From contig CAVYSW010000005.1 of NCBI GenBank assembly GCA_963771275.1, positions 32,001-96,000 on the forward strand: a stretch of 64,000 bases of DNA. Direction: 5' to 3'. Positions 44,308-52,538 of this stretch are shown piece by piece. Source of the DNA: an uncultured Gemmatimonadales bacterium. GTDB lineage: Bacteria > Gemmatimonadota > Gemmatimonadetes > Gemmatimonadales > GWC2-71-9. Under the pieces are notes generated by a model. That model saw nothing but the letters and a program-made list of their open reading frames with translations, had not been told where the DNA came from and did not search any database. The position numbers and the translations under genes are program-made. The first letter of the stretch is position 1. The number at the start of each line of letters is the position of its first letter.

Positions 44308-44505
44308 GGGCGACTCTCCCTGGGATCGAGGTGTGGACATGGGAGGTGCCGCGGTGCCGCAGCGCAGGCTCCTCCGACGCGCCGATCTGACCCTAAGGTA
44401 TGCTCGGCCGCACAGGCCAGGCAATCGACGGCAAGTCGGCCGGGGCCTTCGTGGGGGGACTCGTGTTGTGGTGGGGGCCGGGAAAACGGCGGGGTGCGCG
44501 GCGAC

Positions 44506-44667
44506 CTACGCTGAGGGCGGCTCCTCCACCGCTTCCACCTTTGCCTGGCGGGCCTCGGCCCGCTCCTCTGCGCGCCTCGCGCGACGCTCGCGCTTGGCCT
44601 CCTGCTTCTCCCGCTTGTCCATCTCCCGCTTGCGCTTCGCCGCCGATAATGGGCCGCGTCTCGCCAT
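44506..44667 (-). CDS. Small basic coiled-coil protein (53 aa)
   Basis: MARRGPLSAAKRKREMDKREKQEAKRERRARR..., preceded by a GGAGG RBS. Confidence 0.55.
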   Translation of the reverse strand: MARRGPLSAAKRKREMDKREKQEAKRERRARRAEERAEARQAKVEAVEEPPSA

Positions 44668-44669
44668 GG

Positions 44670-44963
44670 TTACGCTCCTCCCGTTCGCGGTGCGCCGAAC
44701 ACGTTCGCGTCGAGCCATTCCGTGAACCGGCGGTCGAGCTCCTGCTGCGCCTGGCCGGGATGGAACGGCATCACCTCCCACCGCGTCCCGGTGCTCATCA
44801 GCCACCAGGCCGGGTCCGTGGCCAGCTGCGCCCGCTTGACGTTGGCGGGCAGCCCGTCATAGGACACGAAGTGGAACTCGCGCCCGCGATACACGAGCCG
44901 CCGCTGCTCGACCGCATGCCGCGTCACCCGGGCGGGAAGCGCCTCGCTGACCGGGCGCGTCAC
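44670..44963 (-). CDS. Hypothetical protein (about 97 aa)
   Basis: GREFHFVSYDG...AWWLM..G.RW.VMP globular-looking sequence. GTGA overlap with the upstream ORF. Confidence 0.6.
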   Translation of the reverse strand: MTRPVSEALPARVTRHAVEQRRLVYRGREFHFVSYDGLPANVKRAQLATDPAWWLMSTGTRWEVMPFHPGQAQQELDRRFTEWLDANVFGAPRTGGA

Positions 44964-45190
44964 CACAGGTCGTCCACCGACAGGTTCGGCACCCGCCCCT
45001 CGATGATGCGCCGCCCGAACGCGTGGCACCCGCGGATGGCCGCCTGCTCGGTCGCGAACGTCGCCGGACCGCTGAAGGCGCGCACCTTGTCGCGATGCGC
45101 GATCAGCAGGTCCAGGGTCCACTGGCCGCTGCCGCGAATCTGGAATGTGCGCGGCGTGATGGTAAACCCCTCGTAGGCGAGCGACCTCAC
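44960..45190 (-). CDS. Hypothetical protein (about 76 aa)
   Basis: YEGFTITPRTFQIRGSGQWTLDLLI...FATEQAA...FGRRIIEG, coupled to the downstream ORF. Confidence 0.55.
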   Translation of the reverse strand: MRSLAYEGFTITPRTFQIRGSGQWTLDLLIAHRDKVRAFSGPATFATEQAAIRGCHAFGRRIIEGRVPNLSVDDLW

Positions 45191-45333
45191 CAGCCGGCCC
45201 GGATTCGAGCGGCGGTGAAGGGGCGGGGCGGCGACTCGTGCGAGCCGCGTGCCGCGCACCATCCGCTGAGCGCGGCACCCGACTCTGCCGTCCGTGTCGA
45301 ATTGCCCATGCTGAAGTATACCCTCGGCGTCAA

Positions 45334-45774
45334 TCACGTGGTGCCGCCACGTCTCTGGAGACGCGGGTAGTCGACGTACGCGCCCGTCACGCGGCCCGCC
45401 GGCACGGGCAGGAGATCGAGGGTGACGAGCGTGGAATCGTAGCGCGCGGCAGCCCGCCGCAGTCCCATGAACAGATGCTCGAGGCACGACAGCGAGCGGA
45501 CGGTGGGGCGGGTCGTCCCCACGATGTGCCACGCGCCGCGGGCTCGGACACTGCCGCCGTCGCTGGCGTCGACGAATCCGGCGAACGGTGTGTAGCGGAG
45601 GAATTCCACCAACCCGAGCGCCATGAGGCGCGACGGCGCGTCGAACGCGAAGAAGAAGCGCTGCGGCTGGCGCAGCGCGCGCGTCGCTTGCAGGTCGAGC
45701 CAGCACTGGCGCGCGCTGACCAGCGAGCCCTTGGACGCACCATCCTGGTATTCGTCGTTCAGCGAGGAGCGCAT
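45334..45774 (-). CDS. Hypothetical protein (146 aa)
   Basis: ATG-started ORF co-oriented with the neighbouring small genes, no family recognised. Confidence 0.45.
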   Translation of the reverse strand: MRSSLNDEYQDGASKGSLVSARQCWLDLQATRALRQPQRFFFAFDAPSRLMALGLVEFLRYTPFAGFVDASDGGSVRARGAWHIVGTTRPTVRSLSCLEHLFMGLRRAAARYDSTLVTLDLLPVPAGRVTGAYVDYPRLQRRGGTT

Positions 45775-45836
45775 GCGGACGTCCGATCGGGGGGGTGACG
45801 ACGCCGTTCCTGGAGCGGCCGGTTCCGCGACGCGAC

Positions 45837-45873
45837 AAAAAAAGGCGGGAGCAGCGCCGCGGCGCCTTCCCGC
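45837..45873 (-). terminator. Rho-independent terminator
   Basis: Minus strand reads GCGGGA-A-GGCGC-CGCG-GCGCT-GC-TCCCGC-C-TTTTTTT. Confidence 0.75.
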
Positions 45874-45918
45874 ACTCGAATCGCTTCCAGTGGGCGCGAC
45901 CTGCCTGGCGCCCGTGGA
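45837..45918 (-). ncRNA. Candidate ~80-nt small RNA or attenuator leader
   Basis: Bounded by a consensus promoter and the terminator. 5' hairpin TTCCA-C-GGGCGC-loop-GCGCCC-AC-TGGAA. Confidence 0.5.
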
Positions 45919-45921
45919 AGG

Positions 45922-45950
45922 AGGCTAGCGGGGCCAGGGCACGCTGTCAA
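45922..45950 (-). promoter_or_regulatory. Sigma70-type promoter
   Basis: Minus strand TTGACA, 17-bp spacer, TAGCCT. Confidence 0.7.
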
Positions 45951-46256
45951 CGAGCGAGTGGGAGGGGAGGGCACGCCCGCCGGGCCGCCCCGCCCCGCCG
46001 GGAGGGTGGGGCATTCCGTTTTGGCCGCCCCTCGGTTACCTTACTGGCAATCGCGAGGCGCTCTCTGAAGCGTCACAGACAACGCAACGGACTTGCATGG
46101 GGAACCCGGCAACTGACGTGGTTCCTCTTCCGTTTGTAAAAACGCCGCGCAGTGCGGCACCCCGCCGCGGGGGCACGTCCGCGGGATCACGCGATGGACG
46201 ATCGGTCAGTGCGGACATTCCGGACTCCGACGCGCATCGAGCCAAGAGGAGAAGGT

Positions 46257-46469
46257 ATGTCACGCATCAAGGGCAAGGTGAAGTGGTTCAATGACCAGAA
46301 GGGCTTTGGCTTCATCACGCCCGACAACGGAGAGAAGGACTGCTTCGTCCACCACTCGGCCATTCAGGGCTCCGGTTTCAAGAGCCTGAGTGAGGGTGAG
46401 GCCGTGGAGTTCGACATGGTCCAGGGCCAGAAGGGTCCCGCGGCGGAGAACGTCACCAAGGTCGGCTAA
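46257..46469 (+). CDS. cspA: Cold-shock protein (CspA family)
   Basis: [15 protein letters not shown] (RNP1), CFVHHSAI (RNP2), KGPAAENV. The specific paralog cannot be determined. Confidence 0.95.
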   Translation: MSRIKGKVKWFNDQKGFGFITPDNGEKDCFVHHSAIQGSGFKSLSEGEAVEFDMVQGQKGPAAENVTKVG

Positions 46470-46615
46470 CCCCGCCCGGCGGTAACCAGTCGCGACGATC
46501 GGGGTCGCATCGACACTGTCGGTGCGGCCCCGATCTGCGTCGCGGGGCCCGGCCCCCCCTGCCGTAGCACCGGCCGACCACGGGCACCGGCGCGCGTGTC
46601 GCCGGTGCCGCGGTC

Positions 46616-47044
46616 TCAATCGTAGCTTCGCCGAACCTCCGGCGTGGCCATGAGGTCCGTCTCCCGCGCGACGATCGGCCAGGACGCGAGGCCGCGGTGC
46701 ACCCGGTAGTACTTCTCCGGGACCGGATGCGTGCCAACGACCACCGGCACACCGTACCGCTGCGTGATGAACGCGCGGAAGTCCTCCACGTACGGGCAGG
46801 GCGGGTACCCCACGACCAGTCCCGTTGCCAGGTGAATGGCCTCGGCGCCGTTCCTGATCATCTCCTCCGGTACGTACTCGACGTTGCCCCCGGGGCAGCC
46901 CGCACAGGTCGAGAACCCGACGAGCTCGAGCGGCTCGTCGGCCGGATACCGGCTGAATGCGCCCGCACGCTCGCGCAGGGCGCGCAGGCACTTGCCCGCG
47001 CCGCAGGTGCGGTAGCGGTCGCAGATGATGATGCCGATCTTCAT
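46616..47044 (-). CDS. CGGC domain protein
   Basis: MKIGIIICDRYRTCGAGKC, TCAGCPG, HLATG...PPCPY, VVVGTH. Confidence 0.85.
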   Translation of the reverse strand: MKIGIIICDRYRTCGAGKCLRALRERAGAFSRYPADEPLELVGFSTCAGCPGGNVEYVPEEMIRNGAEAIHLATGLVVGYPPCPYVEDFRAFITQRYGVPVVVGTHPVPEKYYRVHRGLASWPIVARETDLMATPEVRRSYD

Positions 47045-47064
47045 CGGTCCTCCCTCCCGGGGGC

Positions 47065-47451
47065 CTAGGCCGCGCCGTGCCCGTGGACGTGCGCGTGGCC
47101 GCCCGCGCACAGCTGCCCCGGATCGACCAGTCGCAGCCGGTTGGCGCGGGCCTCCGCCACGACGTCCCGCACCGCGCATCCCGTGGACACGTACACGTCG
47201 ATCCCCGCAGCGGCGAGCCGGTGGAACGCGCTGCGACCGATTCCCCGGCACACGACCGCCGTGATGTCGTGACCGGCCAGACCGTCGAGCGGCCGGCAGG
47301 CGCCGTGCTCGTGCTGGCGGGACGGGTTCGCGACCACCGTGGTGGCGCCGGTCTCGACGTTTACCACATGGAACCACGGGGCCGAGCCAAAATGGCCGCA
47401 CACGGGGGCGTCGAGGCCCTCATCCGTGTCGGCGGGTATGCAGATCCGCAT
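47065..47451 (-). CDS. NifB/NifX-family (dinitrogenase Fe-Mo cofactor biosynthesis domain) protein
   Basis: GHFGSAP.F, HEHGAC, CRGIG, His-rich C-terminus. Confidence 0.85.
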   Translation of the reverse strand: MRICIPADTDEGLDAPVCGHFGSAPWFHVVNVETGATTVVANPSRQHEHGACRPLDGLAGHDITAVVCRGIGRSAFHRLAAAGIDVYVSTGCAVRDVVAEARANRLRLVDPGQLCAGGHAHVHGHGAA

Positions 47452-47734
47452 CTTCGGTTCCCTTTCGAATGACGAGTGCCTTGTTGGCGAGCAGCGCGTC
47501 GAGCACCTTGACCCGCCCCTGCGTGAGCAGCCGCTGCACCGTGCCGCGGGAGACCCCCATACGCCGGCCGGCGGCCTCCTGACCGAGGCCGTCGAAGTCG
47601 CACAGCCGCATGGCCTCCAGCTCGCTCAGCCTGAGGTCGACGTGCTCGAGCTCGGTCATGGGGATGCTGCGCGGCTTGAACACCGGATCGCCGGCAAAGG
47701 CCCGGCAGCGGCGCTGCTTGCGGGGACGGGGCAC
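47420..47734 (-). CDS. DUF134 (UPF0251) HTH DNA-binding protein
   Basis: MPRPRKQRR, FKP, ELEAMRLCD..GL.QE.A...MGVSRGT..RLL. Confidence 0.88.
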   Translation of the reverse strand: MPRPRKQRRCRAFAGDPVFKPRSIPMTELEHVDLRLSELEAMRLCDFDGLGQEAAGRRMGVSRGTVQRLLTQGRVKVLDALLANKALVIRKGTEDADLHTRRHG

Positions 47735-47746
47735 GGACTCACCTCA

Positions 47747-47766
47747 TATTGTGCATATGCACAATA
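47747..47766. promoter_or_regulatory. Perfect 20-bp palindrome, probable DUF134 operator
   Basis: TATTGTGCAT|ATGCACAATA, 12 bp upstream of the DUF134 start codon. Confidence 0.75.
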
Positions 47767-47875
47767 CCGTCCGCCCGCCCTCCGGGCAAGGGAGCCCGGC
47801 GAACCCGCTCGGCGTCGCTCGCCGGTTGCCGCGGACCGGGCAGCCGGGATAGACTGCCCCTGTGGAGGTACCACC

Positions 47876-50800
47876 ATGAGACTGCCAGCCCGTGTCCGCT
47901 GCGCCACGCTGATCGTCCTCCTGTCCGCCGGTGCCACCGTCGCCTCGGCCCAGCAGCCTCCGGCCTCGAGCCTGTTCGCCGAGCTGCACTGGCGGTCGGT
48001 CGGGCCGTTCCGCGGCGGCCGCACCAAGGCCATCACCGGTGTCCCGGGCCAGCCGCACGTGTTCTACGTGGGCGTGGTGAACGGCGGCGTCTGGAAGACC
48101 ACCGACGCGGGCCGCACCTGGCAGCCGATCTTCGACGATCAACCCAGCGGCTCGATCGGCGACATCGCGGTAGCGCCCTCGGATCCGAACGTCGTCTACG
48201 TGACGAGCGGCGAGGGGCTGCACCGGCCCGATCTTTCCACCGGCGACGGCGTCTACAAGTCCACCGATGCCGGTCGGACGTGGACCCACCTCGGCCTGCG
48301 CGACGGGCAGCAGATCCCGCGCGTGGCGGTGGATCCGCGCGACCCCGGCCGGCTGTTCGTCGCCGTGCTCGGGCACCCGTACGGGCCCAACGCCGAGCGC
48401 GGGCTGTATCGCTCGACCGACGGCGGGCGCTCGTTCGAGCGGGTGCTCTACCGCGATGAGAACACCGGCGCCTCGGACGTCGAGATCGATCCCCAGAACC
48501 CGGACGTCGTGTACGCCTGTCTGTGGGAAGCGCGCGAGGGCCCCTGGGAGAATGCGGCCTGGGCGGGAACGGGCGGGGGGATCTTCAAGTCGACCGACGG
48601 CGGCACCACCTGGCGCCAGCTGACCGGCGGCCTGCCGGCGGGCGAGAACGGCGTGGTGCAGGCGGACGTCGCGATCGCGCCCAGCAACCCCGCGCGGCTG
48701 TACGCCTCGGTCGCGATGGGGCGCGCCGTCGGCATCTTCCGCTCGGACGACGCCGGGGCACAGTGGACGAGGATCACCGAGGACGCCCGGCCCGCCACGC
48801 GGATCGGCGGAGGCGACCTCCCGGTGCCGATCGTGGACCCCAAGAACGCGGACGTGGTCTACAGCGCGAGTATCGTGACCTGGAAATCCACCGACGGCGG
48901 CCGGACCTGGACCGGCATCCGCGGCGCGCCGGGCGGTGACGACTACCAGCGCCTGTGGATCAACCCCGACGACCCGGCGATCATCGCCGCCGCGGCCGAC
49001 CAGGGGGTGATCGTCACGCTGAATGGCGGCGCAACCTGGAGCTCGTGGTACAACCAGCCCACCGCCCAGCTGTATCACGTGGCGGCCGACAACGCGTTCC
49101 CGTATCGGCTGTACAGCGGTCAGCAGGAGAGCGGCTCCGTGGGCATCGCGAGCCGCGGCAACGACGGCCAGATCACGTTCCGCGAGTGGCATCCCGTGGG
49201 GGTCGACGAGTACGGCTACGCGGCGCCCGACCCGCTCGATCCCGCCGTCGTCTACGGCGGCCGCGGCGTGTCGCGCTACGACCGGCGCACCGGCCAGGTG
49301 GCGCTGGTGGGGCCCGCGTCCGCGGGCGGCGTCGCGGTGCGTACGCTGCGCACGGCCCCGGTGCTGTTTTCGCCCGTCGATCCGCGCGTGCTGTACTTCG
49401 CCGGCAACATGTTGTGGAAGACGACCGACGGCGGCGCGCACTGGGAGCAGATCAGCCCCGACCTGAGCCGCGAGACGTGGGACGTGCCCGCGAGCGTGGG
49501 GAAGTACCGCGACGAGCAGTCCGCGCAGCCGACGCGGCGCGGCGTGATCTACACCGTGGCCCCGTCGTACGTGGACGCGGGCACGATCTGGGCCGGCACC
49601 GACGACGGGTTGATTCACGTGACGCATGACGGCGGGGCCACGTGGCAGAACGTGACGCCGGCCGCGCTCCAGCCGTGGGCCAAGGTGTCGCTGATGGACG
49701 CCGGTCACGGCGACGTCATGACGGCCTATGCGGCGGTCAACACGCTCCGGCTGGACGATCTCACGCCCTATATCTACCGGACGCACGACGGCGGCAGGAC
49801 GTGGCAGCGGATCACCACCGGCATCCCCGACGGCGAGACGATCAACGCGGTGCGGGAGGATCCCGCGCGCCACGGCCTGCTGTTCGCCGGCAGCGAGCGC
49901 GCGACCTACGTGTCGTTTGACGACGGCGATCACTGGCAGTCGCTGCGGCGCAACATGCCGGCCACCTCCGTGCGCGATCTGATCGTCAAGGACAACGATC
50001 TCGTGGTGGCGACGCATGGCCGGGGGTTCTGGATCCTCGACGACATCACGCCGCTGCGCCAGCTGAGCGCCGCGGTCACGGCGGCCGACGCCCACCTGTT
50101 CGCCCCGGCCGCGGCGACGCGCGTGCGGTGGAACATGAACACCGACACGCCGCTCCCGCCCGACGAGCCGGCGGGCGAGAACCCGCCCGACGGGGCGGTG
50201 CTCGACTACTGGCTCAAGGGCGACCAGGCCGGGCCCGTGACCCTCGAGATCCTCGATGGCGCCGGGGCGCTCGTCCGCCGCTACGCCAGCACCGACCCGG
50301 TGGAGCCGATCGACCCGAACCTCGCCGTGCCGACGTACTGGGTGCGGCCGCCCCAGCGTCTCTCGGCGCGCGCCGGCCTGCACCGGTTCGTGTGGGATCT
50401 GCACTACACGCCGCTCGCGGGCGGCCGTGGCCTGCCGATCGCCGCGATCGCGCACAACACGGTCCCCACGCCCAACGCGCCGTGGGTCGTGCCCGGCGGC
50501 TACACCGTGAAGCTCACGGTGGGCGGCAGGAGCTACACGCAACCGCTCCGGGTACGGATCGACCCGCGTGTCACGACCCCGGAGGCGGGCATCGCGCAGC
50601 AGTTCGCGCTCTCGAAGGAGATGTACGATGGCATAGTCGCGGTGAACGACGCGCTCGCCCGGCTCCGCGAGGTCCGCGCGCAGGTCAAGGACCGGCTGGG
50701 GCGCGCGCCGCAGGGAGCGCTCACGGACTCGCTGCAGGCGTTCGACGCGCGGGCGCAGGCGCTCGAGGGCGCCAGTGGCGGGTTCGGGCGGGGTGGGGGA

Positions 50801-51046
50801 CCGGGCGGCGGGGGCGACGGTGAGACGCTGGGAGGCGCGAGTCGGGGGATGAGCCAGCTCATGGGGCGGCTCCAGGCGGCGGACGTCACACCGATGGCGC
50901 GGCTGGTAGACGCGGTGACCGCGCAGCGACCGGTGACGGCGAAGGTGGTGGCGCGCTGGACGGCACTCCAGAGCCAAGACCTCGCGGCGCTCAACCGGCA
51001 GCTGCAGGCAGCGGGCGTGCCGGTGATCGTGGTGACGTCCCGGTGA
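47876..51046 (+). CDS. Secreted VPS10/BNR-repeat glycosyl hydrolase-like protein
   Basis: Signal peptide, WRSVGPFRGGR, many (S/T)xDGGxTW Asp-boxes, VATHGRGFWILDD. Confidence 0.88.
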   Translation: MRLPARVRCATLIVLLSAGATVASAQQPPASSLFAELHWRSVGPFRGGRTKAITGVPGQPHVFYVGVVNGGVWKTTDAGRTWQPIFDDQPSGSIGDIAVAPSDPNVVYVTSGEGLHRPDLSTGDGVYKSTDAGRTWTHLGLRDGQQIPRVAVDPRDPGRLFVAVLGHPYGPNAERGLYRSTDGGRSFERVLYRDENTGASDVEIDPQNPDVVYACLWEAREGPWENAAWAGTGGGIFKSTDGGTTWRQLTGGLPAGENGVVQADVAIAPSNPARLYASVAMGRAVGIFRSDDAGAQWTRITEDARPATRIGGGDLPVPIVDPKNADVVYSASIVTWKSTDGGRTWTGIRGAPGGDDYQRLWINPDDPAIIAAAADQGVIVTLNGGATWSSWYNQPTAQLYHVAADNAFPYRLYSGQQESGSVGIASRGNDGQITFREWHPVGVDEYGYAAPDPLDPAVVYGGRGVSRYDRRTGQVALVGPASAGGVAVRTLRTAPVLFSPVDPRVLYFAGNMLWKTTDGGAHWEQISPDLSRETWDVPASVGKYRDEQSAQPTRRGVIYTVAPSYVDAGTIWAGTDDGLIHVTHDGGATWQNVTPAALQPWAKVSLMDAGHGDVMTAYAAVNTLRLDDLTPYIYRTHDGGRTWQRITTGIPDGETINAVREDPARHGLLFAGSERATYVSFDDGDHWQSLRRNMPATSVRDLIVKDNDLVVATHGRGFWILDDITPLRQLSAAVTAADAHLFAPAAATRVRWNMNTDTPLPPDEPAGENPPDGAVLDYWLKGDQAGPVTLEILDGAGALVRRYASTDPVEPIDPNLAVPTYWVRPPQRLSARAGLHRFVWDLHYTPLAGGRGLPIAAIAHNTVPTPNAPWVVPGGYTVKLTVGGRSYTQPLRVRIDPRVTTPEAGIAQQFALSKEMYDGIVAVNDALARLREVRAQVKDRLGRAPQGALTDSLQAFDARAQALEGASGGFGRGGGPGGGGDGETLGGASRGMSQLMGRLQAADVTPMARLVDAVTAQRPVTAKVVARWTALQSQDLAALNRQLQAAGVPVIVVTSR

Positions 51047-51783
51047 AGGCGGGGGACGAACGACCGCCCGCGCCGCGGTCGCGCATCCCGAACGCGATCC
51101 TCACCGGGCAGACCGACGGGCATCTCTGCGCACCCGGGAACGCCGAGGCGCTCGGCGTGCGCGTGCACCGCGAGGCGCTCGAGCCGTTCCGCCGGCTGCA
51201 GCGGGAAGCGCGGACGGCGGGGTTCGACCTCCGGATTCTCAGCGGGTTCCGGAGCTTCGAGGAACAGCTCGCGATCTGGAATGGTAAGGCCACGGGCAAG
51301 CGCGCCGTGCTGGACAGCGCCGCGGTGCCCCTGGACATCACGCGGTTGAGCGAGCGGGAGCTCGTGTTCGCGATGCTCCGCTGGTCCGCTCTGCCGGGGG
51401 CCTCGCGGCATCATTGGGGCACGGACCTGGACGTGTACGATTAGGCCGCCCGGCCGGACGGATACGAGATCGAGCTGATTCCCGAGGAGGTGAACGCGGG
51501 CGGCATGTTCGGTCCCCTGCACGAATGGCTGGATGCGCGGATCGCCGCCGGCACGTCCTGTGGGTTCGCTCGGCCGTATGACGTGGATCGGGGCGGGGTG
51601 GCGCCGGAGCGGTGGCATGTGAGCTATGGGCCCGTTGCCAGCACCTATCAGCGGCAGCTCACGATCGAGGTGCTCCGCGCCACCGTCGAACGGGCGGCCA
51701 TCGCGCTCCAGGACGGCGTGCTCCGGAACCTGGATGAGATCTACGAACGCTTCGTCGTCAACACGAACAGGACGTTTGCATGA
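51043..51783 (+). pseudogene. M15 family (VanY-like) D,D-carboxypeptidase interrupted by an in-frame TAG at 51442-51444
   Basis: SGFRSFEEQ..IWNGK and PGASRHHWGTDLD lie before the stop. The same frame continues to GVAPERWHVSY after it. Confidence 0.82.
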
Positions 51784-52508
51784 CCCTGCGTCCGCGCCAG
51801 CAACAGGGGACCATCCTCTGGGATCCCGATACGTATGGCCGTTCCCACCTGGGGCTCCCGCTCGAAGTCTGGCGCCCCACCGGTCCCTGCACGCTGCTGA
51901 TGTTCGCGGCCATCCACGGCGAGGAGGCGGAGACCACCGGCGTGCTGTCGCGGGCGTTGCGCCATCTGTCGACGCCCTCCCCGCACTGCGCGGTGGTCCT
52001 CGCCGCCAATCCGGACGGTCTGATCCGCGGAACGCGGGGCAACGCGCGCGGCGTCGAGCTCAACCGCAACTTCCCGACCACGGACTGGCAGCCGGACCCC
52101 GTGGCGCACCGCGCCACGCTGGATCAGCCGCGCGACGTGCTGCTGAGCCCGGGAGCGCGGCCGGCCTCCGAGCCGGAGACGCGGGCCCTCATCGCGCTCA
52201 TCAGCGCCCTCGCGCCCAGGATCGTGATTGCCCTCCACGCCCCATTGGCGTGCATCGATGACCGGAACGAGAGTCCCCTGGGCCGGTGGCTGGCCGGGCA
52301 GACCGGCATGCCGCTGGTGACGGACGTGGGCTATCCCACGCCCGGCTCGTTCGGTACGTGGGGCGCCGAGCACGGCGTCCCGGTGATCACGTACGAGCTC
52401 CCGCTGGCGTCTCCGGATGCGCTGGCCCATGAGCACGTCCCCGCGCTGGTGGACCTGCTCACCAGGGCCGATCTCGTGAGCGCGCCCCCCCTCGCGCGCC
52501 CGTCGTAA
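51780..52508 (+). CDS. mpaA: Murein tripeptide amidase MpaA (M14 zinc carboxypeptidase)
   Basis: YGRS.LG.PL, AIHGEE, ANPDG, RGNARGVELNRNFP, SEPET, GYPTPGSFGTW, ITYE. Confidence 0.88.
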   Translation: MTLRPRQQQGTILWDPDTYGRSHLGLPLEVWRPTGPCTLLMFAAIHGEEAETTGVLSRALRHLSTPSPHCAVVLAANPDGLIRGTRGNARGVELNRNFPTTDWQPDPVAHRATLDQPRDVLLSPGARPASEPETRALIALISALAPRIVIALHAPLACIDDRNESPLGRWLAGQTGMPLVTDVGYPTPGSFGTWGAEHGVPVITYELPLASPDALAHEHVPALVDLLTRADLVSAPPLARPS

Positions 52509-52538
52509 CCCCGGCCGCCCGCCACGGGCTGAGTGCTC

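Noticed and set aside
47065..47451. Evidence of nitrogen fixation
   Set aside because: NifX-like domains occur widely in non-diazotrophs, and there is no nifHDK in the window.
51442..51444. Pyrrolysine or genome-wide TAG recoding
   Set aside because: Many genes in the window end normally at TAG, no pyl genes are present here, and the position is not catalytic.
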